Of a stretch of DNA of 64,000 bases, positions 18,617 through 27,648 are shown one piece after another. Numbering within the stretch: position 1 is the stretch's first letter; every line of letters starts with the position of its first letter. This DNA comes from Longimicrobiales bacterium (lineage in GTDB: Bacteria; Gemmatimonadota; Gemmatimonadetes; Longimicrobiales; Gaopeijiaceae). The translations under genes and the position numbers were made by a program. Under the pieces are notes generated by a model. That model ran no database searches and was not told the DNA's origin. It was given only the letters and a program-made list of their open reading frames with translations. The stretch spans positions 1,920,001 to 1,984,000 of the forward strand of contig OZ242008.1 in NCBI GenBank assembly GCA_965204735.1, in the 5' to 3' direction.

Positions 18617-20130
18617 CCGCGGCCGATCTCGAGATCCTCGTCCAGCAAGGCGAGGGCACTACGCTGGAGTTCAAGGAGCGCGTGTCGTCGTCGTTCGCCA
18701 GGGGGATCGTCGCTTTGGCCAACACCATCGGCGGCAAGATTCTTGTGGGCGTGGATGACGACGGCCGCATGATTGGGGTCGAGGACGGCAATGCGTTGCG
18801 TGCCCGCATCCAGAACATCGCCCGCGACTGCGACCCGTCGGTCAGGGTGCTGGTCGAACCCGTGAACGGTGTGCTCGTGGTTCATGTTCGCGAGAGCGAC
18901 GCGAAGCCCGTGCAGTGCAGCGACGGCTTCTTCTGGCGACAGGGCGCCGTGACCCAGAAGATGAGCCGTGACGAGATCCGCGACTTTTTTCGGGCCGAGG
19001 GCACCATTCGGTTCGACCTGTCTCCCTGTCCACGCTTCAATTATCCGGAAGACTTCGACCGCGAGAAGTTCGACGGCTGGATGCGGTTGTCGGGCATCAC
19101 GGGCGGTTCGGCCGTGGAAGACGTGCTGGTCAACATCGAAGTCGCCGAGCGCACGGGCGACGGCTTGCTGTTCCGTAACGCCGGCGTGCTCTTTTTTGCC
19201 AAGAAGGTGCGGCACTTCTTTCCGGAAGCCTACGTCACCTGCCTATTGGGGAAGGGAACCGACAAGGTCCACATCCTGGACCGCAAGGACTTCGACGCGG
19301 GCATCGCGGCGGACATTGAGGAGACCATGCGGTTCATTGAGCGCAACACTCGCATGGCCTACCGAATCAAGGGGCTGCGGCGGCAGAACATCCCAGAGTA
19401 CCCGATGGAGGCCTTGCGAGAGGCCGTCACCAATGCGGTCATGCACCGCGACTGGTTCTTCGAGGGCGCCAACGTCTTCGTCGAGGTTTATACGGATCGC
19501 ATCAAGGTGATCAGTCCTGGCGGCTTGCCCAAGGGCCTGACCCCGGCCAACCTCGGACACGTGAGCATTCGGCGAAACCCGCTCATTGCGGACCTCCTTC
19601 ATCGCATCGACTTCATCGAGAAGGCGGGAACCGGGATCCGCCGCATCCGAGACGGCGCCCGACAGCAGGACTGCCCGGAACCGGAGTTCGACGCAGGCCG
19701 CTTCGTCACCGTCACCTTCCGGCCGAACCCGAAAGTGCGTCCGGTCGTGCGAGAAGGGAGCGGCCCGCGACGCGCCGGAGAAGTCCCCGGGGCCATCACC
19801 GATCAAATTGCGGAAGCGACCGATCAAGTTGAGGACCCGACCACACAAGTCACCGAACAAGTCGAGGGCGCCACCAGACAAGTCACCGAACAAGTTGGTC
19901 TTGAAGTCCGATTGCTCCGTGTGATGTCGGGGGAAATGACTAGGCGGGGCATCCAAGAGGCACTCGGCCTCAGACATCGGATCCATTTCCGCGAAGCCTA
20001 CCTGCTCCCTGCCTTGCGAGCCGGGCTGATCGAAATGACGATCCCGGACAAGCCGCGCAGCAGCAAGCAGCGGTACCGCCTCACGCCGGCGGGACGCGAA
20101 CGCCTGAGACAACTCGGAGCTCCCCGGTAA
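18613..20130 (+). CDS. Schlafen/AlbA_2 + HATPase_c_4 + C-terminal HTH protein
   Basis: GEGTTLEFK..ALANTIGG, ALREAVTNAVMHRD, RNPLIA, EKAGTGI, PDKPRSSKQRYRLT; ATGA overlap with the Dam gene. Confidence 0.88.
   Translation: MTAADLEILVQQGEGTTLEFKERVSSSFARGIVALANTIGGKILVGVDDDGRMIGVEDGNALRARIQNIARDCDPSVRVLVEPVNGVLVVHVRESDAKPVQCSDGFFWRQGAVTQKMSRDEIRDFFRAEGTIRFDLSPCPRFNYPEDFDREKFDGWMRLSGITGGSAVEDVLVNIEVAERTGDGLLFRNAGVLFFAKKVRHFFPEAYVTCLLGKGTDKVHILDRKDFDAGIAADIEETMRFIERNTRMAYRIKGLRRQNIPEYPMEALREAVTNAVMHRDWFFEGANVFVEVYTDRIKVISPGGLPKGLTPANLGHVSIRRNPLIADLLHRIDFIEKAGTGIRRIRDGARQQDCPEPEFDAGRFVTVTFRPNPKVRPVVREGSGPRRAGEVPGAITDQIAEATDQVEDPTTQVTEQVEGATRQVTEQVGLEVRLLRVMSGEMTRRGIQEALGLRHRIHFREAYLLPALRAGLIEMTIPDKPRSSKQRYRLTPAGRERLRQLGAPR
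19798..19896 (+). repeat. T-x-Q-V peptide repeats in the linker of the AlbA-HATPase protein
   Basis: TDQI..TDQV..TTQVTEQV..TRQVTEQV; repeated acaagtcaccgaacaagt. Confidence 0.75.
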
Positions 20131-20203
20131 ATTCCTTCGGCGCACGCCCCTGCCGAGAGGCCGACTCAAGCCGCGTTGCTCGGCCAAGCCCGCTAATGCA
20201 ATC

Positions 20204-23200
20204 ATGACCCAACGCCCCTCCCTCCTCGACAACCAGGCCGACGCCGCCCACCACGGCGACGCCCTGGCCTACCTCGCCCGCGACTTCGACGACCGCCACG
20301 GCCTCTCCGTCGCCACGGGCTACGTGAACCTGGGCGGTCTGCGCCACTTGGCCGCGCTGGCCGAGGACCGAGACCGCGGGACTCGCCTTCTGCTGGGCGC
20401 CATGCCCACCGGGATCGGCGACGAAGTCCCGGCCACCCTCTTCGAACGGACGCTGCTGGCGCTCGGCGACCAGCGAGACCTGTCGCGCTTTCCGCCCAGC
20501 CGGGCGCTGCAACAGCTGCTCGCGGTGGAGAAGTGGCTGGATCGGCCCGACGTGGCGGTGCGGCGCTACGTGCACAAGTTTCTTCACGGGAAGGCGTACT
20601 TGTTCGGCGACGCCGGCGACGCGCGAGCCGTGCTGGTGACCTCCGCCAACCTGACGTCGGCAGGCATGTGGCTGAACCTGGAGCTGGGACTGGTCCACTA
20701 CGATCCGCCCGTGGCCCAGCGGGCGGTGCAATGGTTCGATGGGCTGTGGGAGGAATCGGACGACTTCAAGGAGCGGCTTCGCGAGCTGTTCTTTCCCGAC
20801 CCCGGCCTCCTCGACCCCCGCACCGTCTACTTGCGCGCGCTGCTGGAGCTTCTGGGGGACGACTTGGACGAGGACGACGACCTTCCGTCCCCCAACGCCG
20901 TCAAGCTGGCCCCTTTCCAGGACGACGGCTTCCGGCGCGCGCTCGCCATCGTCCGCCGCCGCCACGGTGTCGTCTACGCCGACGGCGTGGGCACGGGCAA
21001 GACCGAAATCGGCCTTGCGTTCGTGGAGGAGTACGCCGTCCGGCGGGGCCAGCACGTCCTGCTCGTGGTGCCGGCGCAGCTTCGCGACCACTGGCAGGAT
21101 CGGCTTCACCAGACTCGACTGCCTGCGCAAATCGTCAGCTATCAGGAGTTCGCGGGCGATCCGCAGCTGGCCGGGCTCGGGCTGGCCGGTCCGGGACGCG
21201 CCCCCGGCAAGCCGGCGCTGGCCAACGACAAGGACGCCTACCGGCTGGTCGTGTTCGACGAGGCCCACGCGCTCCGCAACCCGAGCACCACTTGGTACGG
21301 CGCGCTCTCGCGCCTGCTGGGCGGCCAGCCCAAGGACCTGGTGCTGCTCACCGCCACGCCGATCAACAACGGGCTCTGGGACCTGTACCACCTGGTGATG
21401 GCGTTCGCCCGCCACGACCGAGCGTTCGAAGGCGAAGGCATCCCGTCGCTTTCGACCTTGTTCCTGCGCGCCGGTGCCAACCAGCACGACGCCCAGAACC
21501 TCAACCCGGACCTTCTGTTCGGGCTGGCCGACATGGTGAGCGTGCGCCGGGACCGGGGGTTCATCGTGCGCGAATACCCGGACGCGGTCTTTCCCGACGG
21601 CACGCCGGTGACCTTCCCCAAGCCGCACCTGACCACCGAGCGCTACGACCTGGACGACGCCGATCCAGGCCCAGGCCCAGGCCACACCGCCGAGCGCCGC
21701 GACCAGCAGCACGACGCGCCCACGGGCCTGGCCACCTACGTCGCAGAGCGCATCGACGCCTTGTACATGGCCCGCTACTGCCGGAGCCGCTACCACCGGA
21801 CCCGCGCCCTCGAACAGCGCGAAGTCGTGATCAGCGCCCTCCTGCGCTCCGGCGTGCTCAAGCGCCTGGAGTCGTGCTGGCACGCCTGCCTGCTCACCGT
21901 CGGGCGGATGCTGAACGCGCACCGGGCGTTCCTGGAGGCGTGGGACGCGGGACGGGTGCCGGGCCGCAACTCCCTTCGCGCCGCGCACGACGAGCTGGAC
22001 GAGTCCGCCCTGGCCCAGTGGGTGGAGGAAGCGCTTGACGACGACAGCGACGCGGAACCCGTCGGCGACTACGACCCGGTCTTTCGCGACCACGTGGAGC
22101 ACGACGTCGCTCTGCTGGAGCAGATCCAGGCGCGCTTGGCCGCGCTGCGCCCCGAGAACGACCCCAAGCTCGCCCTTCTTCGCCGCGTGCTGGAAGAGGC
22201 GCTGTCCAAGAAGGTGGCCGTCTTCACCACCTTCGCCGACACGGTTCGCTACCTGGACGAGCACTTGCCCGAGTCCGTTGCCGGCCGCCGCCGCGTGACC
22301 GTGGTGGGCGCCGAGACGAACCCCGATCAGCGCACCGCCATGCTGTCGCGCTTCTGCCCCGATACCGTGGTGCGCCCCGGCTACCGGCCGCCCGACGGCG
22401 AAGTGGACCTGCTGCTGAGCAACGACGTCCTGTCCGAGGGCCAGAACCTGCAACAAGCGGCGGCCGTGGTCAGCTACGACATGCCGTGGAACCCGCAGCG
22501 CATGGTGCAGCGCTACGGTCGCGTCATCCGTTTGAAGAGCCCCCATGCCGACGTGCACCTGACCACCATGCTGCCCGAGCCGGGCGACCTGGAGGTGATC
22601 TTGAAGCTGGAGCGTGCGATCCGCCGCAAGATCATGGCCGCGCGGCCCTTCGGCATGGAAGTGCAGGTCGTGGACGACGCCGACGACGAGATGCGCGCCT
22701 ACGCGGCCCGCTTGGCCGAGGGCGACGAGACCCTGCTGGACGAAGACAGCACCCGCGAAGAGGCGCGGGCGCGCGGCCCCAGCAACGAGGCCCTCCGCGC
22801 CGAGCTGCGCCGAGAGCTCGCAGAGGGAAGGGGAGACGAGCTGCGCAAGCTGCCCTGGGGCGTCGGCGCGGCGTTTCGACAAGGTCCGGGCGTCCCGTCG
22901 TCCGGCGCGCCCGGCATCTTCTTCGCCTGCCGGGTCGGGAGCGAGCGCTACTGGCGCTACGTGGACGCCGACGGCGTGCTCGCCGAACCCGCGGCGATCC
23001 TCCGTCGCATCGACCCCGGATCAGCCCCTGGCGTGGACGCCCCGCCCGAGCTCGACCTGGAGAAGGCGTGGGAACAAGCGGCCGACTCGATCGTCGAGGA
23101 GCACAACGCCGTCGCAACGCCGGGAGCCCAAGCCGGCGGCGGTGCCCGCTCCCATTCCGTCGGCGAAGTGCAAGCCTGGGCCGTGGCCCTGTTGGCGGAC

Positions 23201-23521
23201 CCGGCCGTGACGCTGCCTCTGGACGGCGAGACCGCCTACCAAGCCCTGGGCGTCGGCCGCAGCCAGCCCGTCCGCCGGGCGCTGGGCAAGATCAAGCGCC
23301 AGACCGAGCGCAACGAGATCACACGCAGCGACGCCGCCCTCCGAATCGCCGAGGTCGTCCGCTCCTTCGGCCTCCGAATCGTCGCACCACCCCCGCAACG
23401 ACAGCCCGTCACCGCCGACGACGTGGGCGTGGTCTGCTGGATCGCCGTGTGCGGGCCTACGGAAGCCACTCGGTTCCCGCGACCCTCCGGCGCAGCGCCT
23501 CGACAAGCGGAACGTCCGTGA
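20204..23521 (+). CDS. PLD-like nuclease domain fused to SNF2-family helicase
   Basis: HGKAYLFGD..TSANLT..NLE (HKD); DGVGTGKT, DEAH, TATPINN, SEGQNLQ, WNPQRMVQRYGR. Confidence 0.9.
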   Translation: MTQRPSLLDNQADAAHHGDALAYLARDFDDRHGLSVATGYVNLGGLRHLAALAEDRDRGTRLLLGAMPTGIGDEVPATLFERTLLALGDQRDLSRFPPSRALQQLLAVEKWLDRPDVAVRRYVHKFLHGKAYLFGDAGDARAVLVTSANLTSAGMWLNLELGLVHYDPPVAQRAVQWFDGLWEESDDFKERLRELFFPDPGLLDPRTVYLRALLELLGDDLDEDDDLPSPNAVKLAPFQDDGFRRALAIVRRRHGVVYADGVGTGKTEIGLAFVEEYAVRRGQHVLLVVPAQLRDHWQDRLHQTRLPAQIVSYQEFAGDPQLAGLGLAGPGRAPGKPALANDKDAYRLVVFDEAHALRNPSTTWYGALSRLLGGQPKDLVLLTATPINNGLWDLYHLVMAFARHDRAFEGEGIPSLSTLFLRAGANQHDAQNLNPDLLFGLADMVSVRRDRGFIVREYPDAVFPDGTPVTFPKPHLTTERYDLDDADPGPGPGHTAERRDQQHDAPTGLATYVAERIDALYMARYCRSRYHRTRALEQREVVISALLRSGVLKRLESCWHACLLTVGRMLNAHRAFLEAWDAGRVPGRNSLRAAHDELDESALAQWVEEALDDDSDAEPVGDYDPVFRDHVEHDVALLEQIQARLAALRPENDPKLALLRRVLEEALSKKVAVFTTFADTVRYLDEHLPESVAGRRRVTVVGAETNPDQRTAMLSRFCPDTVVRPGYRPPDGEVDLLLSNDVLSEGQNLQQAAAVVSYDMPWNPQRMVQRYGRVIRLKSPHADVHLTTMLPEPGDLEVILKLERAIRRKIMAARPFGMEVQVVDDADDEMRAYAARLAEGDETLLDEDSTREEARARGPSNEALRAELRRELAEGRGDELRKLPWGVGAAFRQGPGVPSSGAPGIFFACRVGSERYWRYVDADGVLAEPAAILRRIDPGSAPGVDAPPELDLEKAWEQAADSIVEEHNAVATPGAQAGGGARSHSVGEVQAWAVALLADPAVTLPLDGETAYQALGVGRSQPVRRALGKIKRQTERNEITRSDAALRIAEVVRSFGLRIVAPPPQRQPVTADDVGVVCWIAVCGPTEATRFPRPSGAAPRQAERP

Positions 23522-24515
23522 GCTCGCCGTCGATGATCTTCGCCAGCTCCTCCTCCCGTCGCCAGCGGTCCTCCAGCTCGGCCACCTCCATCCGGAGCAG
23601 GCGCTTCTCCTGCTCTTCGTGAAGGGCGATCTCCAGCGCCACGGCGCCCGTGCGGCCCATGCCGTGCAGGGTCTTGCCGCCCGGCAGAATGCGCGACGGA
23701 AGCCGCTCGGCCCCGCCGACCGCCTCCACCAGCTTGGTCGCCCCCCTGATCCTCCGTTCGCGGGCGCCGGAGAAGTGGTGGTAGGCCAGCACCCGTCGCA
23801 GCATCGCGACGCTCTCCCGTCCCCGTACCTCGACCCATGGCTGCCCGCACCAAGGGCAGGGGACACTCGCCTTCATCGCTCCGACGCCGACCCCCCGACC
23901 GCCTTCCTCGCCCGGCACGTCCGCGCTCCACACCAGGCGGTCCCGTCTCGAGAACGGAAACTTGCCGTGAACCTCGCCGCAGGCCTCGCACTCCCCGCGC
24001 CCCTGCCAAGCGGTGGAGCCGAAGCGCATCCAGCGAGCGCCGGAGACCACCGCCTCGCCCTTGTTGAAGAAGAACCACGCCGCAAGCATGCTGACGCCCC
24101 CGGCCGCCAGGGACCCGGCAAGCGCCACGGCGCCCCCGACCGACGCCGTCGCCGCCAGCCGGCGGGTGCGCTCGCGCCGGCGATGGAGCTCCCGTCCGTA
24201 CCGCCACCACGACTCCTCCGGGAGCCGGGCCCGGCCGACCCGCACCACCTCCAGGTTGCGCGCCCGCAGGAGCGCCACGTTTTCGGTGCTGGAAAGCAGC
24301 CGCCCCTCGTCCGCCGTCAGCTTCTCCAGCTCTTCCAACGTCTCCCAGCGAGACTCCAGGGGAACCAGCGACCAGCGACGGCAGGCGGCGCAGATCACCC
24401 AAAGGCGGCCCCGGTCCGGGTCGTAGGCGACCCGCCGGCCCCGCGCCATGTGCTCGAGGGCGTCGTTGGAAGGAAACTCCCCGCCGCAGACGAGGCACTT
24501 GTCGAAGATCTTCAT
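23457..24515 (-). CDS. Hypothetical protein with several CxxC pairs and a hydrophobic segment
   Basis: 352 aa ORF, CLVC/CAAC/CEAC/CPWC, divergent from pabA. Confidence 0.7.
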   Translation of the reverse strand: MKIFDKCLVCGGEFPSNDALEHMARGRRVAYDPDRGRLWVICAACRRWSLVPLESRWETLEELEKLTADEGRLLSSTENVALLRARNLEVVRVGRARLPEESWWRYGRELHRRRERTRRLAATASVGGAVALAGSLAAGGVSMLAAWFFFNKGEAVVSGARWMRFGSTAWQGRGECEACGEVHGKFPFSRRDRLVWSADVPGEEGGRGVGVGAMKASVPCPWCGQPWVEVRGRESVAMLRRVLAYHHFSGARERRIRGATKLVEAVGGAERLPSRILPGGKTLHGMGRTGAVALEIALHEEQEKRLLRMEVAELEDRWRREEELAKIIDGELTDVPLVEALRRRVAGTEWLP

Positions 24516-24535
24516 CGGTCCTGTATCTTACGGCG

Positions 24536-25198
24536 ATGCTGGCCGTCATCGACAACTACGACTCCTTCACCTGGAACTTGGTGCAGGCGTTCGGCGCGCT
24601 GGGCGAGGAGCCCCAGGTCTTCCGCAACGACGCCACCACGCCCGACGCCCTGGAGCTGGCCGGGGCGACCCGGCTGGTGGTGTCGCCGGGTCCCTGCACG
24701 CCGGCGGAGGCGGGGATCAGCGTCGCCGCGATCCGCCGCTTCGGCCCCCGCATCCCGACCTTGGGCGTGTGCCTGGGGCACCAGGCGGTCGGCGAGGCCT
24801 ACGGGGGGAAGACCGTCCGCGCCGTCCGAACGGTCCACGGCAAGACCAGCCCCGTGGTCCACAAGGGCGACCCGCTCTTCGACGGCGTGCCGTCGCCGTT
24901 CGTGGTCGCTCGCTACCATTCCCTGGTGTCGTCCGCGCCCCTGCCGGAGGGCTTGATCCCCATCGCGTGGAGCGCCGACCCCGCCGACGAGGACGAGATC
25001 CAGGCCCTGCGCCACCGGGAGCATCCGGTGTGGGGCGTCCAGTTCCACCCCGAGTCGTGCTTCACCGAGAACGGACAGCGCCTGCTGGCCAACTTCCTGC
25101 GGATGCCCGGACGGACCGAAGCGGGAGCCTCGCGACCACGCCCGTCTGGCCCGCGCCCGCCCTCGAACAGCCCGGGCCCGCGCTCGAACAGCCCGTGA
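24536..25198 (+). CDS. pabA: Aminodeoxychorismate/anthranilate synthase glutamine amidotransferase subunit
   Basis: IDNYDSFT, SPGP, GVCLGHQ, RYHSL, QFHPES. Confidence 0.9.
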   Translation: MLAVIDNYDSFTWNLVQAFGALGEEPQVFRNDATTPDALELAGATRLVVSPGPCTPAEAGISVAAIRRFGPRIPTLGVCLGHQAVGEAYGGKTVRAVRTVHGKTSPVVHKGDPLFDGVPSPFVVARYHSLVSSAPLPEGLIPIAWSADPADEDEIQALRHREHPVWGVQFHPESCFTENGQRLLANFLRMPGRTEAGASRPRPSGPRPPSNSPGPRSNSP

Positions 25199-25956
25199 GC
25201 AAGGTCCTGGGCGTGGTTCCCGCCCGCATCGGCTCCACCCGCCTGCCGGGCAAGCCTCTGCTGCCCCTCCTCGGGGTCCCCCTGATCGTGTGGACGTGGC
25301 GACGGGCCCGAAGCATGACTTGCCTCGACCGCCTGGTGGTCGCCACCGACTCGCCGGAGGTGTCGGACGCCTGCCGCCGGGAGGGGGCGGAGGTGGTCAT
25401 GACCTCGCCGGACCACAGATCGGGAAGCGACCGGGCGTGGGAGGCGGCCAAGCGGCTCGGCGGCGGCTTCGACCCGGTCGTCAACGTCCAGGGAGACGAA
25501 CCCCTGGTCGCGGCAGAAGCGGTGGAGGCGGCGATCTCCATGGTCGGCAAGGGCTTCGACGTGGGGACTTGCGCGACCCCGGTGCGCACCGAGGCCGAGC
25601 TGGCCGACCCGTCGGTGGTGAAGTTGGCGCGAGCACGGGGCGGGAGTGCGTTATACTTCTCTCGGGCGCCTGTTCCCCACAGGCGGCAAGGCTTTGCCCA
25701 GAACCACGACTGGAGCAGGGGACCGCACCTGCGTCACGTCGGGGTCTATGCGTACCGTCGGCGGGCGCTGGAGCGCTGGGTCGCCGCGGGGCCTTCGCCT
25801 CTGGAGACGGAGGAGGGACTGGAGCAGCTGCGGACCCTCGAGCTTGGAATGCGAATCGGCGCCGCCGTGGTGGCGGAGGCGGCCCGGGGCGTGGACACGC
25901 CGGAGGACCTCCGCCGCATGGAAGAGCTGCTCGGGAAGAGCGAGGCGAACGGATGA
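25195..25956 (+). CDS. kdsB: CMP-KDO synthetase
   Basis: PARIGSTRLPGKPL, NVQGDEP, LEQLR, GVDTPEDL. Confidence 0.95.
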   Translation: MSKVLGVVPARIGSTRLPGKPLLPLLGVPLIVWTWRRARSMTCLDRLVVATDSPEVSDACRREGAEVVMTSPDHRSGSDRAWEAAKRLGGGFDPVVNVQGDEPLVAAEAVEAAISMVGKGFDVGTCATPVRTEAELADPSVVKLARARGGSALYFSRAPVPHRRQGFAQNHDWSRGPHLRHVGVYAYRRRALERWVAAGPSPLETEEGLEQLRTLELGMRIGAAVVAEAARGVDTPEDLRRMEELLGKSEANG

Positions 25957-25975
25957 TCGAACGGCGGCCCGAAAG

Positions 25976-27643
25976 GTGAGCGCGAGCCCGACCCGCTACG
26001 TCTTCGTGACCGGCGGAGTGGTCTCCTCGCTGGGGAAGGGAATCGCCGCCGCGTCCCTGGGGCTCCTCCTCAAGGAGCGCGGCCTCAAGGTCACCCTCCA
26101 GAAGCTCGACCCCTACATCAACGTGGACCCGGGCACGATGTCCCCCTTCCAGCACGGCGAGGTGTTCGTCACCGAGGACGGCGCCGAGACCGACCTGGAC
26201 CTGGGCCACTACGAGCGCTTCATCGACGCCAACCTGCACCAGGCCAACAACACGACCACCGGCCGCATCTACCAGACGGTCATCGGTCGCGAGCGACGGG
26301 GCGACTACCTGGGGCGCACGGTCCAAGTGGTCCCCCACATCACCGACGAGATCAAGCAGTGCATGTATCGCCTGGCCGACGGCTGCGACGTGGTGATCAG
26401 CGAAGTGGGCGGCACGGTGGGCGACATCGAGAGCCTTCCGTTCCTGGAGGCGATCCGCCAGTTCCGACAGGAGGTCGGGCCCGGCAACGTGGTCCACGTC
26501 CACCTGACGCTGGTGCCCTACATCGCCGCGGCGGGCGAACTCAAGACCAAGCCGACCCAGCACTCGGTGCGGGAGCTGATGCAGACCGGGATTCAGCCGT
26601 CGGCGCTGATCTGCCGCACCGAGCACTCCCTGGACGACGATATCCGGGGAAAGATCGCCAGCTTCACCAACGTGGACCCGGCCGGCGTGGTCGAGGCGCT
26701 CGACGTGGAGACGATCTACGAGGTGCCCCTGGAGCTGCGCCGCCAGCGCCTGGACGACTTCGTCCTCGCCTGCTTCGGCGTCGACGCGCCCGCCCCGGAC
26801 CTCGCTCGGTGGAAGGGGATCGTGCAGCGGATCAAGTCCCCCTCCCGGGGCGCAGTCCGGATCGCCGTAGTGGGCAAGTACACCGAGCTGGTGGACGCCT
26901 ACAAGTCCGTTCAGCAGGCCCTGGTCCACGGCGGGATCGCCCACGACGTGGAGGTGGAGATCGAATGGGTGCCCAGCGAAGAGCTGGAGGACGGGTCGCA
27001 GCCCGACTTCCTGGCCGGCCACGACGGGCTGCTCGTTCCCGGCGGATTCGGCGACCGAGGGATCGAGGGGATGGTGGCGGCGATCCGCTGGGCTCGGGAG
27101 CACGACCTTCCGTTCCTGGGCATCTGCCTCGGGCTCCAGTGCGCCGTGATCGAGTTCGCGCGGAACGTGTGCGGGCTGGAGGGCGCCCACTCGTTCGAGT
27201 TCGCCGCCGACTCGCCCCATCCGGTCATCTGCCTCATGGACGAGCAGCGCAACGTCATCACCAAGGGCGGCACGATGCGCCTGGGCTCCTACGAAGCCCT
27301 GGTGCGCCCGGGCACGTTGTCGGAGCACGTCTACGGCGCGTCGCGGATCGTGGAGCGCCACCGGCACCGCTACGAGGTCAACAACGCCTACCGGCACGCG
27401 CTTCGGGCCGGCGGGCTGCGCGTCTCGGCCACCTCCCTCGACGGCAAGCTCGTGGAGATGATCGAGCTGCCGGGCCACCCGTGGTTCGTGGCCGGACAGT
27501 TCCACCCCGAGCTGAAGAGCAGGCCCACGCGGGCGCACCCCCTCTTCGCGGCGTTCGTGGGCGCGGGGGCGGCTCGCGCGGCGGGTCGCGCCGATCGCGC
27601 CGAGGCGAAGGCAGCGCGTCCGGCGGCGGCCGTCGGGGGCTGA
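25976..27643 (+). CDS. pyrG: CTP synthase
   Basis: GGVVSSLGKG, DPYINVDPGTM, GICLG, RHRHRYE, QFHPE. Confidence 0.97.
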   Translation: MSASPTRYVFVTGGVVSSLGKGIAAASLGLLLKERGLKVTLQKLDPYINVDPGTMSPFQHGEVFVTEDGAETDLDLGHYERFIDANLHQANNTTTGRIYQTVIGRERRGDYLGRTVQVVPHITDEIKQCMYRLADGCDVVISEVGGTVGDIESLPFLEAIRQFRQEVGPGNVVHVHLTLVPYIAAAGELKTKPTQHSVRELMQTGIQPSALICRTEHSLDDDIRGKIASFTNVDPAGVVEALDVETIYEVPLELRRQRLDDFVLACFGVDAPAPDLARWKGIVQRIKSPSRGAVRIAVVGKYTELVDAYKSVQQALVHGGIAHDVEVEIEWVPSEELEDGSQPDFLAGHDGLLVPGGFGDRGIEGMVAAIRWAREHDLPFLGICLGLQCAVIEFARNVCGLEGAHSFEFAADSPHPVICLMDEQRNVITKGGTMRLGSYEALVRPGTLSEHVYGASRIVERHRHRYEVNNAYRHALRAGGLRVSATSLDGKLVEMIELPGHPWFVAGQFHPELKSRPTRAHPLFAAFVGAGAARAAGRADRAEAKAARPAAAVGG

Positions 27644-27648
27644 CCCGG

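Noticed and set aside
20081..22882. 933 aa minus-strand ORF, and similar ones such as 12564..14471, 25481..27538, 29912..32464, 45211..47550
   Set aside because: Antisense shadows of well-supported genes
10528..23521. Assignment as complete DISARM or BREX
   Set aside because: No DrmA/DrmB (DUF1998), PglZ or BrxC/BrxL genes recognisable
4476..23521. Prophage or ICE with att sites
   Set aside because: No integrase, structural or conjugation genes, and no convincing flanking direct repeat seen by eye
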